Positions 22,863 through 33,306 of a stretch of 64,000 nucleotides of DNA are shown here, piece by piece. The notes beneath the pieces are model-generated. The model was given only the letters and a program-made list of their open reading frames with translations. It did not search any database and was not told where the DNA came from. The position numbers were made by a program, and so were the translations under genes. The DNA is from an uncultured delta proteobacterium (GTDB lineage Bacteria; Myxococcota_A; Polyangia; Haliangiales; Haliangiaceae), in assembly GCA_963848295.1 (NCBI GenBank), contig CAWKDB010000002.1:1443161-1507160 (forward strand), written 5' to 3'. Each line of letters starts with the position of its first letter. Position 1 is the first letter of the stretch.

Positions 22863-24185
22863 ATGACGGTACGGCTACGGGTTTGTCTGGCGATCGCTCT
22901 CGCCGGCTGCGGCGGCAACAGCAGCAACGCCACAGACGCGCCCGGCGGCGATGGCGCAGGCGGTGATTCGCCCGGCGTACCGACGAACGTCGCCGTGACC
23001 GTCACGAACCACCCGACCGATGCAGCGATGTTCAGCTACGTCGCGGCCTATGCCGACGGCGACGGGGCATGGCAGCTCGCACCGACGCCGAACGGCGACA
23101 TCTATACCTTACCGATCACGTCGTCGACCTATCGGTTCGCATACACCTGCGACGCGCCGCTCGCCGCCGGCGGCACCGATGCGCGGGTCGTCAGCCTCGC
23201 CCACTTCGCGACGGCCGCGCGCCCGAACCTGAGCTTCGCGCTGCCCAATCGCTGCACCGATCGCCTGGCCGCGACCGTCCAGCTCAGCGGCACGATCTCG
23301 AACCTACCCGGAGACGGCTCGCTCGAGGTGCTGTGGGGCGATCGCAACCTCGTGGTGGGAGCGAACGGCAAGTACAGCGCGATGGTCCAACCCGCGACGC
23401 GCGACCTGTTCGTTGCCCACATCGTCGCGACGACCGGAACGACGACCGATCCGACGATCGACTACATCGCGAGCGCGCGCGGCGTCACGGTGAGCGATGC
23501 GACGGTGCAGAACATCGACTTCTCGACCGCTCAGCCGCTCGCGACGTTCGCGGTCACCGCAAACGGCAACGTCGGCAAAGTGTCGACCGAGACCGATCTC
23601 GCCACCGCGAACGGCACGAACGCCGCGCTCGTGGTCGCCGGCATGGCGCCGCTGGCGACGGGCTCGCTGCCCGCCGTCGAGATGCAATCGGACGACGTCT
23701 ACAACCAGATCATCACCGAGACCAGCAGCGGCCAGGCCATGACGACCTCGAACGCGACCGCGCTGCCCGGCGCGATCACGTACTCGGCACCGGCGCCACT
23801 CGGCGGGGCGCTCGCCTCGGTCACCGGCACGACGCCCTACCCGATCATCACGACGTCGTGGAATGCGTACGCGAACGCGATCGGCTACACGTGGACCGCG
23901 GCGCAAGCGCTGACCGGCAGCGCGTGCGCCGCCGGCGAGCTCGCCTGCACGATCACGTGGACGTCATGGGATGGCGTGACCACCGGCGCAGGCGTGTACG
24001 AGATGCCGGACCTGTCCGCGCTCCCGGGCTGGTCGCCGGCGTTCGAGCTCGTCGCGGGCGCACTGGTCGCCGGGTCCGTTCAGGCCTCGACCTCGAGCGC
24101 GGGTGCGACAGATTATCCCGCCGGCAACCCGGCGGCCGGTACTCAGCGCACGTTCGCGCGCTCGGCGTGGTCCGTCACGCCGTAG
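22863..24185 (+). CDS. Hypothetical lipoprotein
   Basis: MTVRLRVCLAIALAGC lipobox; Thr/Ala-rich; MPDLSALPGW near the C-terminus. Confidence 0.7.
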   Translation: MTVRLRVCLAIALAGCGGNSSNATDAPGGDGAGGDSPGVPTNVAVTVTNHPTDAAMFSYVAAYADGDGAWQLAPTPNGDIYTLPITSSTYRFAYTCDAPLAAGGTDARVVSLAHFATAARPNLSFALPNRCTDRLAATVQLSGTISNLPGDGSLEVLWGDRNLVVGANGKYSAMVQPATRDLFVAHIVATTGTTTDPTIDYIASARGVTVSDATVQNIDFSTAQPLATFAVTANGNVGKVSTETDLATANGTNAALVVAGMAPLATGSLPAVEMQSDDVYNQIITETSSGQAMTTSNATALPGAITYSAPAPLGGALASVTGTTPYPIITTSWNAYANAIGYTWTAAQALTGSACAAGELACTITWTSWDGVTTGAGVYEMPDLSALPGWSPAFELVAGALVAGSVQASTSSAGATDYPAGNPAAGTQRTFARSAWSVTP

Positions 24186-24207
24186 CGCTACGTGGTAGAC
24201 CACCACC

Positions 24208-24579
24208 GTGGCCAAGGATCGCGCGGCGCCGTTCTCGCGCAAGCACCGGCGGTATTGGATCACGGTGACCGGCGGCATGCTGTTGATCGGGCTCGTCAAC
24301 GTCACGATCGGGCTGTGCTCGTACACCCCGGCCCCTGACAAGCACGTGCGGATGCAGGTCGGCACCCGGCCGGTTCGCCCGCCGATCGATGCCGCGGGCT
24401 CGATCGGAGTCGGCGAGCTGCCTTCCGCGGTGATGCGCTCGTTCGCCGCGAAGTATCCGCAGACGATCCCGGCGATGGTCGAGCAAGACGGCGATCAGTA
24501 CGTCATCACGTTCCCGCCGGGCAAGGCTCACACGCGCGCCACGTTCACCGGCGACGGCACGTTCGTCTCGGACGAATAG
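24208..24579 (+). CDS. Hypothetical membrane-anchored protein
   Basis: One TM helix, then ELPSAVMRSFAAKYP...FTGDGTF, reminiscent of PepSY-like domains. Confidence 0.55.
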   Translation: MAKDRAAPFSRKHRRYWITVTGGMLLIGLVNVTIGLCSYTPAPDKHVRMQVGTRPVRPPIDAAGSIGVGELPSAVMRSFAAKYPQTIPAMVEQDGDQYVITFPPGKAHTRATFTGDGTFVSDE

Positions 24580-24584
24580 CGCTC

Positions 24585-27107
24585 CTACTTGAACCGCAGC
24601 TCGAACGGCAAGCGCTCCTGCGCCGCTTCCGGCGCGAGCAACAACGACGCCGGGACGCTGCGCAGCAACTCGCGTAGCGCGGGGATCGCGAGCGGCGATG
24701 CATCGACCTGCTCGATGCCGAGCAACGACTCGAGGACGCCGAGCACGTTCGGCGGCGGGCGCGGCAGCCCGATCGTCTCGACCTGTGTCTCCGCCGACAG
24801 GTGCGCCGCGTGCTTCGCTTCCGCGATCGCATCGCCGAGCCCGCCGAGCTGATCGACGAGGCGCAACCCGATCGCCTGCGCGCCGGTGTAGACGTGGCCG
24901 CGCCCGACCTTGTCGACGTCGTTCTTCGACATGTGGCGGCCTTCGGCGACCGCGCCGACAAATCGGCCATACATGTAGCGCAGCTCCTCGAGCATCACCG
25001 CGCGCTCCTCGTCGGTGTACGGCCGGAAGTTGCTGTCGAGATCGGCGCGCTTGCCGCGCGTGTAGGTCGACGTTGTGACCCCGACCTTCTCGAGCAGGCC
25101 GCTGACGTCGAACTTGCCGTGGTAGATTCCGATCGAGCCGGTGATCGTCATCGGCTCGGCGAAGATCTTGTCGCAACCGGCGGCGACGAAGTAGCCGCCC
25201 GACGCGGCGTAGTCGCCCATCGAACAGATGATCGGCTTGATCTTGCGGGTCGCGAACACCTCGCGCGAGATCATCTCGGACGCGACCGCGCTGCCGCCGG
25301 GAGAGTTGATGCGCAGCACGATCGCGCCGATCCGCGGGTTCGCGCGCGCGAGCTCGATCGCGGCGATGATCGTTTCTGCGCCGGAGACCGGGTCGCCGAT
25401 CAGCGGCAACGTTTGCGACTTGCCGTCGGTAATGTCGCCGTCGATATAGATCACCGCGACGCCCGGGCGCTGCCAGCGATCGGCGCGAGCGAGCGTCGGA
25501 CCGTCCACCGGGTAGACCCGATGGAGCTCGCCCGCGATCAGCTCCGAGATCTTGTCCCGCGCGCCGACGCCGTCGACGAGCTCGGGTATCGATGCGAGAT
25601 CGCCGGCGGTGTACGGCCCGTTGTCGACGAGCGCTTGCAACCGCGCGCGGTCGAGCTTGCGGCTGTCGCCGACCTCGGTCAGCCAGCGATCCCACAGCGA
25701 GTCGACGACTTCGTCGTGCATCTTTGCCGCGACCTCGGTCGGCCCGGTCTCGGTGTACATCTCGGGCGCGCTCTTGAATTCGGCGACCTTGTCGAACTGC
25801 GGCACGATGCCGAACAGATCGAACGCGCCGCGGAAGTAGAACGCGGTGCCCGCGAGCCCGACGAGATGGAGCTCGCCCGCCGGATCGACGTAGATCTTGT
25901 CGGCCGCGCTCGCGACGAAGTAGTCGCGCCCGGTCGCGGCGCCGAGGTAAGCGAACACTTTCTTGCCGCCGCGGCGGAGCGCGAGCAGCTCGCCGCGCAG
26001 CTCCTCGAGCGTTGCGAGCCCGCCTTCGACGCCGCTGAACGTGACGACGACGGCCTTCGCGCTCGAATCCCGCCCGATCGCGCGAAACCGCTCGACGAGC
26101 TCGCTCAGCTGACGCGTAGCGATCTCGCCGGACAGGTCGACGCGCTCGATGTGATCGTCGGGCGCGATCACCGATGCCGGCCCGAGCTCGGAGATCCGCG
26201 CGATCACCGTGCCACCGAGCGGATTGCGTGCACCGGTATCGCTGCGCAGCCCGGTCGCCAACGCGGTGACGCCGACCTGGCCGAACGAGAGCTCGACGCC
26301 GATCGTCGCGCGAATGTCGCGACCGTCTTGCTCGATAGTGCCGGTCGGCTGGTCGACGTAGGCGTAGAGCTGCCGGGTCTCGACCTGCGCGTGGACATAC
26401 ACGCCACGAGCGGCGCGGGCCGAGGCGCGGACCCATCCGTCGACGTCGCCGCGGGTCTCGCCGACCCTGCCCCCGATCGCGACCTCGAGGACGTCGGACT
26501 CGAGCGGACGGAGCGAAGCTTCGAGCTCGTAGCGGCGTTGCACCGGTGAGCCGCCGATGTCGCGGGTCGCGATGTCGCGCAACGCCGCGCCGAGCGCGAG
26601 GTAGTTACCGAACCGTCGCGCGATGCCGAGATCGAACGCGTTGATCCCGGAGGTCGCGCCGCCGCCGATGAAGTGGTGCCACGCGAGCCCCAGGCCGATG
26701 TCCCACGGCAGCATCGCCGCGCCGGTCGTCGTGAACCGAAACGGCGTGCCCGGATCGGGCACCAGATCGGTCCGCGGTGGGCGCAGCCATTCGGCGCCGA
26801 GCCCGATGCCGAGCCGACGAAAGTACCGCCCGCCAAACGCATAGCCGGCGAACGCGCCGAACCCCGGCCCGTCGCTGGTCGCGACGCTCGCGTCCTCGAA
26901 GTCCGCGACGAGCGACGCTTCGAGCCCGTGCAAGAACACGAGGCCGCCGGGATTCTCGGTCACCGTCCGCGCATCGAGCTCGCCGGCCAGCGGCGTGGTC
27001 GGCATCGCGACGCCGTCGGTCGGCTCGGCGGCGTATCGCCGATCGGCGGTTTGCGCGTGCGCGGTAGCGACCGTCGCGGTCAGCGTCGCGAGAACGGCGA
27101 AACGCAC
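24585..27107 (-). CDS. sppA: Signal peptide peptidase SppA (protease IV) with N-terminal beta-rich extension
   Basis: Two S49 modules: YFVASAADKIY, EFKSAPE; LRINSPGGS, SMGDYAASGGY, TITGSIG, GHVYTGAQA. Confidence 0.92.
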   Translation of the reverse strand: MRFAVLATLTATVATAHAQTADRRYAAEPTDGVAMPTTPLAGELDARTVTENPGGLVFLHGLEASLVADFEDASVATSDGPGFGAFAGYAFGGRYFRRLGIGLGAEWLRPPRTDLVPDPGTPFRFTTTGAAMLPWDIGLGLAWHHFIGGGATSGINAFDLGIARRFGNYLALGAALRDIATRDIGGSPVQRRYELEASLRPLESDVLEVAIGGRVGETRGDVDGWVRASARAARGVYVHAQVETRQLYAYVDQPTGTIEQDGRDIRATIGVELSFGQVGVTALATGLRSDTGARNPLGGTVIARISELGPASVIAPDDHIERVDLSGEIATRQLSELVERFRAIGRDSSAKAVVVTFSGVEGGLATLEELRGELLALRRGGKKVFAYLGAATGRDYFVASAADKIYVDPAGELHLVGLAGTAFYFRGAFDLFGIVPQFDKVAEFKSAPEMYTETGPTEVAAKMHDEVVDSLWDRWLTEVGDSRKLDRARLQALVDNGPYTAGDLASIPELVDGVGARDKISELIAGELHRVYPVDGPTLARADRWQRPGVAVIYIDGDITDGKSQTLPLIGDPVSGAETIIAAIELARANPRIGAIVLRINSPGGSAVASEMISREVFATRKIKPIICSMGDYAASGGYFVAAGCDKIFAEPMTITGSIGIYHGKFDVSGLLEKVGVTTSTYTRGKRADLDSNFRPYTDEERAVMLEELRYMYGRFVGAVAEGRHMSKNDVDKVGRGHVYTGAQAIGLRLVDQLGGLGDAIAEAKHAAHLSAETQVETIGLPRPPPNVLGVLESLLGIEQVDASPLAIPALRELLRSVPASLLLAPEAAQERLPFELRFK

Positions 27108-27169
27108 TCGCGCACCGTAACATCACCTGAGCCACGCAGCGGCGGGGCACTCGGGATTATAATGGCAGC

Positions 27170-27634
27170 GTGCCGAACCCGACGCTGCTCGAGCGCCATC
27201 CGCTGCTGGTCAACCTCGCACCCGAGCAGATCGTGCGACTGTCGCGCGCGGGTGAGATCGAGAGCTACAACGCGGGCGAGCCGATCGTCGTTGAAGGCAG
27301 CCTCGGCGATGCGCTGTTCCTGATCCTGTCGGGGCAAGTCGCGGTCCACCGCGGCGCCCAGACCTTCGCGACGTTGTCCGGCGGCGAGTTCTTCGGCGAG
27401 ATGTCGCTGGTCGAGCCCTCGCCGCGCTCGGCGACCGTGACGTCGATGCAGGCGACGTTCTTGTTCCGGCTGCCGCACGATTCGCTCCGCCAGTTGATCA
27501 GCGACGATCCGCAGGCGTCGTCGGTGCTGCTCGTCCAGATCGTGCGCACCCTGTCGGATCGGCTGCGCCGAGCGAATCACATGTTGTCGTCGGTCGACAT
27601 GCTCGCGGACTGGCTCGCCGGCTCGATGGTCTAG
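27170..27634 (+). CDS. Cyclic nucleotide-binding domain protein
   Basis: GDALFLILSGQV, GEFFGEMSL, PRSATV; no HTH. Confidence 0.9.
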   Translation: MPNPTLLERHPLLVNLAPEQIVRLSRAGEIESYNAGEPIVVEGSLGDALFLILSGQVAVHRGAQTFATLSGGEFFGEMSLVEPSPRSATVTSMQATFLFRLPHDSLRQLISDDPQASSVLLVQIVRTLSDRLRRANHMLSSVDMLADWLAGSMV

Positions 27635-27638
27635 GGGT

Positions 27639-28292
27639 TCAGCGCGACCCATCGCCGCCGGGCAGCCCGTACTGTGCCCCGGCGCCGGGTTGCTCCATCA
27701 CCGGGTCGTGCATGATGGCCCAGATGCTCACGGCCATGACGATCGCGCCGGCGCCCAACGTGATTCCGCCGGCGAGCGTGAGGTCGTTGCGATGGTTCGC
27801 GAGACCGACGGGTAGCAAGGCCGCGCCGGTGGCGAAAGACGCGCCTCCGAACGTCGCGCCCAGCACGCCGAGGACGAAGCCGGCGCCGCCCGACTTGCGC
27901 CAGCCGAGCGCGCGACGATAGATCGTGGGCCGCGGAGACGCGAGCACGTGTACGACCTCGGTCCCGCCCGAGCCGCGCATCGGAAACGTCAGGACCTGCG
28001 GGCCCAGCGGCAGATCCAGGACGCAAGGCGACATGCACACCGACTGGACCTCGAGCTCCTCCGTATCGAGGGACAGGTCATTCACCTGCTCGGTGACCTC
28101 GACCGACTTCACCACGTCCACCTGGGCCGGCCCGTTCACCACGTCGACGTAGATCCGACCGCGCCCGGGAGGGACCGGGCTCGTCGAGGACGGCACGTCG
28201 GTCGGGCCGGGCGTCGCGACGGCGGGGAGTGTGTGGGTGCAGCCGGCAGCGGCGAGTGCGAGCAGAACGGCGCACCGGGAATCGATTCGCAT
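27639..28292 (-). CDS. Hypothetical lipoprotein with C-terminal TM helices
   Basis: MRIDSRCAVLLALAAAGC lipobox, CMSPC motif, two C-terminal hydrophobic helices. Confidence 0.6.
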   Translation of the reverse strand: MRIDSRCAVLLALAAAGCTHTLPAVATPGPTDVPSSTSPVPPGRGRIYVDVVNGPAQVDVVKSVEVTEQVNDLSLDTEELEVQSVCMSPCVLDLPLGPQVLTFPMRGSGGTEVVHVLASPRPTIYRRALGWRKSGGAGFVLGVLGATFGGASFATGAALLPVGLANHRNDLTLAGGITLGAGAIVMAVSIWAIMHDPVMEQPGAGAQYGLPGGDGSR

Positions 28293-29731
28293 CACCGCGC
28301 GAGCTCGAGGAGCTGCGCGATCGCGGCGTCCCATTCGGCGGGCTCGTCGCGGCGTTGCCGCAAGAACCGCTCGACCGCGGGATAGCGCGCGACCGCGGCA
28401 TCGACCTTCGCGTCGCGGCCGGTCTGGTAGGCGCCGAGCGTGATCAAATCGCGATGCTCTTCGTAGATCGCGAGCTGTTCGCGCAACCGCGCGGCGGCTT
28501 CGGCGTGGCGCGGATCGGCGACCCACATCATCAGCCGCGACACGCTCGCGACGACGTCGATCGGTGGGAAGTGGCCGCGCTGCGCTAGCCGGCGATCGAG
28601 CACGATGTGGCCATCGACGAGACTGCGCACCTCGTCCGCGATCGGCTCGTCGAGATCGTTGCCCGCGACGAGCACGGTGTAGATCGCGGTGATCGCCCCG
28701 GTGGCGGTCGCACCCGCGCGCTCGATCAGCCGCGGCAGCAGCGCGAACACGCTCGGCGGATAACCGTGGCGCGCCGGCGGCTCGCCGGCCGACAGCCCGA
28801 CCTCGCGCTGGGCTCGCGCGACGCGGGTCAGCGAATCGACGAGCAGCAACACCTGTGCGCCGCGGCGCTCGCGAAACCATTCGGCGATCGCGGTCGCGGT
28901 GTGGACCGCGCGCAGCCGGACGAGCGGTGGCGCATCACTCGTCGCGCACACGACGACGACGCGCGCTCGAGCCGACGCGAGCTCGGTGCGCAACAACTCG
29001 GCGAGCTCGCGCCCGCGCTCGCCGACCTGGCACAGCACGATGACATCGGCATTAGAGCCGCGCGCGATCTGGCCGAGCAGCGTCGACTTGCCGACCCCGG
29101 CGGCGGCGAACAGGCCGACGCGCTGACCTCGACCGAGGGTCAACATCGCGTCGAGCGCGCGCACGCCGGTCGGCAGGGGCGCCGTGATCGCGGGTCGGTC
29201 GAGCGCGGGAGGTGCGCCGCGATCGACGGCCCAGCGCTCGCCGACGAGCGCAGGTCCCGCATCGACCGGCTGGCCGATGCCGTCGAGCACGCGGCCCAGC
29301 AGGTCATCACCAGCGCGCAGCGCGAGCGTCTCGCCGGTTCGCCACACCGCGCTCGCCGACGCGACGCCCGCGAGCTCGCCGAGCGGCAGCAGCACGGCTT
29401 GTTCGCCGCGAAATCCGACGACCTCGGCGAGCAACGGCTGATCGTCGCGGCGATCGATCTTGACGACCTCGCCGAGCGCGACCCCGGGCACGGTCGCGCG
29501 GACGACCAAGCCGACGACATCGTCGACCCGGCCTTCGGCGATCGCGACCTCCGCACGCGCCGGTCCACGGGTCGCCACGACGTCGGCCGCGGCGCGAGCG
29601 CGCTCGCGCTCGACGTCGCTGCGCGCGTCGGCGAGCAGCTGCTGGGCCTCGGCGCGCGCGTCCTCGACGATCCGAGCGGCCAGCGTGCGAGCGTCGTGCT
29701 CGTCGCCGCCGATGACCCGCCCCGCCTTCAT
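28292..29731 (-). CDS. sctN: FliI/YscN family type III secretion ATPase with N-terminal coiled-coil extension
   Basis: GQRVGLFAAAGVGKST Walker A, GERGRE, LLLVDSLTR, GEPP..GYPPSVF, DGHIVL, HFPPIDVVASVSR. Confidence 0.9.
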   Translation of the reverse strand: MKAGRVIGGDEHDARTLAARIVEDARAEAQQLLADARSDVERERARAAADVVATRGPARAEVAIAEGRVDDVVGLVVRATVPGVALGEVVKIDRRDDQPLLAEVVGFRGEQAVLLPLGELAGVASASAVWRTGETLALRAGDDLLGRVLDGIGQPVDAGPALVGERWAVDRGAPPALDRPAITAPLPTGVRALDAMLTLGRGQRVGLFAAAGVGKSTLLGQIARGSNADVIVLCQVGERGRELAELLRTELASARARVVVVCATSDAPPLVRLRAVHTATAIAEWFRERRGAQVLLLVDSLTRVARAQREVGLSAGEPPARHGYPPSVFALLPRLIERAGATATGAITAIYTVLVAGNDLDEPIADEVRSLVDGHIVLDRRLAQRGHFPPIDVVASVSRLMMWVADPRHAEAAARLREQLAIYEEHRDLITLGAYQTGRDAKVDAAVARYPAVERFLRQRRDEPAEWDAAIAQLLELAR

Positions 29732-29740
29732 CGCGCTCGA

Positions 29741-30502
29741 TTATACCGCCGCGAGCGCGGGCCAGGTGGGGCAGTTTGCGAGCGGCGCGGCCGCCGATGC
29801 CGCGAACGCCTGCGCGATCACCAGCCCGCGGTCGCGGCGCAAGCGCAGCGCGAGCTGGCGAGCCGCGAACGGCACCGCGGCGACGTACGGCGCGATCGCG
29901 TGAGCCCCGATCTCGAGCACGTCGCCGCTCGCACAGCGCTCGATCACCGCCCGCGCCAGGCCGAGCGCCCCGCGCCGCGGCGGCTCACCGATCCGCGTCG
30001 CCGCCGCCCGCAACGGCGCCGACGATCGCGCGAGCTTCTCGAGCGCGCCCTCGCCCGCGATCGCCAACGCAAACGCGAGCTGATCGGCACCGACGGCGTG
30101 CAACCACGCGACGAGCGCAGCCGCGGGCAAGGTGACCGCCTCTGCGATCGTCCGCGGCGGCCCGGTGCGCTCGACCGTCGCCGGCATCGCGGGGAGCTCC
30201 GCGCACGCCCAGCGCGCGAGCCAGACCGATGTCGGATCGCCGCTGCCACCGGCGAGCGCAGCACGCGCCGCGATCGGCAAGCCGGCGAGCGCCGCTTCGA
30301 TCCACGACGGATCGATGCCGCGCAGCCCGGGAGGTAGCGGCGCACGCGCGATCGCGGCCCAGGTCGCGCGCTCGCGGCTCGCGACGCGCCGGCAGTGCAA
30401 CGCCCTCGCCTCGTCACCGATCGGCCCGGCGATGCGCGCGAGCACGCGACCGGCATCGGGACCTAGCGCATGACCGGCGGCCGCTAGTGCGGCGGCGATC
30501 AT
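29741..30502 (-). CDS. Hypothetical Ala-rich protein, possibly SctK-like T3SS sorting-platform component
   Basis: Immediately upstream of and co-oriented with the ATPase; contains IDPSWI. Role inferred from position only. Confidence 0.45.
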   Translation of the reverse strand: MIAAALAAAGHALGPDAGRVLARIAGPIGDEARALHCRRVASRERATWAAIARAPLPPGLRGIDPSWIEAALAGLPIAARAALAGGSGDPTSVWLARWACAELPAMPATVERTGPPRTIAEAVTLPAAALVAWLHAVGADQLAFALAIAGEGALEKLARSSAPLRAAATRIGEPPRRGALGLARAVIERCASGDVLEIGAHAIAPYVAAVPFAARQLALRLRRDRGLVIAQAFAASAAAPLANCPTWPALAAV

Positions 30503-30548
30503 TCCGCACCGCCATGCGGCGGCGCTGCCTCCGGGCCCCCGTCGGCGA

Positions 30549-32136
30549 TCACGACAGCTCGTGGGTGCCGGTCTCGGCGCGACGCCTGCGCCGGGCCGGT
30601 CGCAGCTTGTAGCGCAGCAGCTTGCCGCCGGGGCCGCGCGGCAGTGCGTCGACGAACTCGATCCAGCGCGGATACTTGTACGGCGACAAGCTCTGCTTGA
30701 CGTAGTCCTTGAGCTCGGCCTCGAGCTTGTCGCCGCTCGCGTAGCCGACGTTGGTCACGACAAACGCGAGTGGTTTGACCAAGCCTTCGTCGTCGGGCGT
30801 GCCGATCACCGCGCACTCCCACACCGCTTCGTGAGCGGTCAGCGCGTTCTCGACCTCCGACGGCGAGACCCACTTGCCGCCGACCTTGAACAAGTCGTCG
30901 ACCCGACCGCAGTGATGATAGAAGCCCTCGCGATCGATCATGAAGCGGTCGCGCGTCGTGAACCATCCGTCGGCGCGCAGCTCGTTGCCGCCATCGCCCC
31001 CTCCCCAGTAGCCGGTGAACAGCGACCCGCATTGCAGCTCGAGCGTGCCGATCTCGTCGACGCCGACCGGATCGCCATCTTCGTCGACGAGCCGGACCTG
31101 GACGCCGGCGAGCGGCTTGCCGCACACGCCCGGTCGCGCCCCCGGATCGTTGCTCTTGCCGGCGAGCGCGAACTGGAAGATCTCGGTGAGGCCGTAGCCG
31201 ACGACGACCTCGGTGCCGAGTACGCTGCGGATCCGCGGGATCAGCCGCTCCGGCATGCCCTCCGCGCCGGCGACGGCGTGGCGCAACGTCGAGAGCGGGC
31301 GCGGGGTCGCGTCTTGCTCGGCATCGTGCGCGAGCTGCGCGTACACCGACGGCGTCGCGAACAACACGGTCGGCTGATAGGTCCGCAGCGCCTCGAACAA
31401 CGCGTCCGAGCGCGGCTGCGCCGGGAACAGCAGCGACTCGGCCTGGACCGCGAGCGGCAGGACCAACCCGGCGCCGAGCCCGTACGCGGTCGACAGCCGC
31501 GCGACCGACAAGATCCGATCGCCGTCGCCGAGCTGGAGCAGGCCGCGCGCGAACGAGTCACGCGCCGCTTCGATCGTGCGCTGGCTATGTGGGCACCGCG
31601 CGCAGCTCGCCCGGGCCCGAGCCGGCCGAATACAGCAGCAGCGCGACGTCGGTCACCCCCGCGGGAACATGCGGCAGCGCTGTCGCGTCCGCGACGATCT
31701 TCGCGAAGTCGTGACTGCCGGCGAGTTGCGCTCCGACGCACACCACCTCGCGCAGATCCGGCGTCTCGTTGCGAACCGCGTCGAGCACCTCTTCGTGCTC
31801 GGGATCGGTGATCGCGATGACCGCACCGCAGTGGAGCACGTACTCTTGAACATCATCCGGCGTCGACAGCTCGGACACCGGCACCGCGACCGCGCCCGCG
31901 TGGATCGTGCCGAGGATCGCGGCGGCCGCTTCGAGCGTGTCGCGCATCAGGATCAGCACGCGCTCGCCCCGCCCTAGCTTCAGGGCGCGCAACGCCGCCG
32001 AGGTCTTGGCGACCATCGTCGCGAGCTCGTCGCGGGTCCAGGCCCGGTTACCCTCGCGCAACACGATGCGACCGCCGGCGCCGTTCGCGAGCGCGCCATC
32101 GAGCAGCCAAGCTGCCAGGTTCCCGACCGAGGACAT
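30549..32136 (-). CDS. Benzoate-CoA ligase family acyl-CoA synthetase (apparent frameshift ~31590)
   Basis: Start MSSVGNLAAWLLD; GYGLTE, GWFTTRD, GRVDDLFKVGGKWVSP.EVE, PYKYPRWIEFV. Split over two frames at GTGCCCACATAG. Confidence 0.85.
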
Positions 32137-32250
32137 CCCGCCGTTATCGTAGAACAGGACCGCGGCTGGGACAAAACAATCGACGCCATGGCCCCGCGGA
32201 ATGCCCGATAGGGCGATCCGGCGTCGGAACGTGGCAAGCTCCGATGCCGA

Positions 32251-32804
32251 ATGCGCGTGATCGGCGGCGAGCTCGGTGGACGCGTGCTTCGCGCACCGCG
32301 CGGGGCTTCGACCCGGCCGACGTCGGAGAAAGTCCGAGAGGCGATCTTCCAGATCGTCGAGCACGCCGGGCTGGAGCTGACCGATGCTCACGTTCTGGAC
32401 CTGTTCGCCGGCTCCGGCGCGATGGGGATCGAAGCGCTCTCGCGCGGTGCCGCCCATGCCACGTTCATCGACACCGGCAAGCCGCAGCTCGCGGCGATCC
32501 GCGACAACCTGCGCGAGCTCGCGCTCGACCGGCGCGCGACCGTGGTCGCCGGCGACGCGGTCTCGCTGGCCAGCCGCCACGTCCCGCCGGCGCCGTGGCA
32601 GCTCGTCATCGTCGACCCGCCCTACCGGTCCGACCTCGCGGTCCGCGCGGTCTCCGCGATGCCGGCGGCACGTCTCGCACCCGGCGCCGTGATCGTCATC
32701 GAGCACGATCGGCGCAACGCGCCTCCCGACGAGCTGCGAAGTCTGCTACGAACGGACCAACGTCGCTACGGCGACACTCTCGTCTCGTTCTACCGCGTGC
32801 CGAC

Positions 32805-32808
<4 letters not shown>
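32251..32808 (+). CDS. rsmD: 16S rRNA (guanine966-N2)-methyltransferase RsmD
   Basis: MRVIGG, TRPTSEKVREAIF, LDLFAGSGAMGIEALSRGA, DPPY, RYGDT; upstream of coaD. Confidence 0.95.

Positions 32809-33302
<494 letters not shown>

Positions 33303-33306
<4 letters not shown>

Noticed and set aside
28292..29731. Flagellar FliI or F1 ATPase beta subunit
   Set aside because: Motifs fit the FliI/YscN family rather than F1, and no flagellar or atp genes are nearby. FliI vs SctN cannot be fully resolved without a phylogeny.
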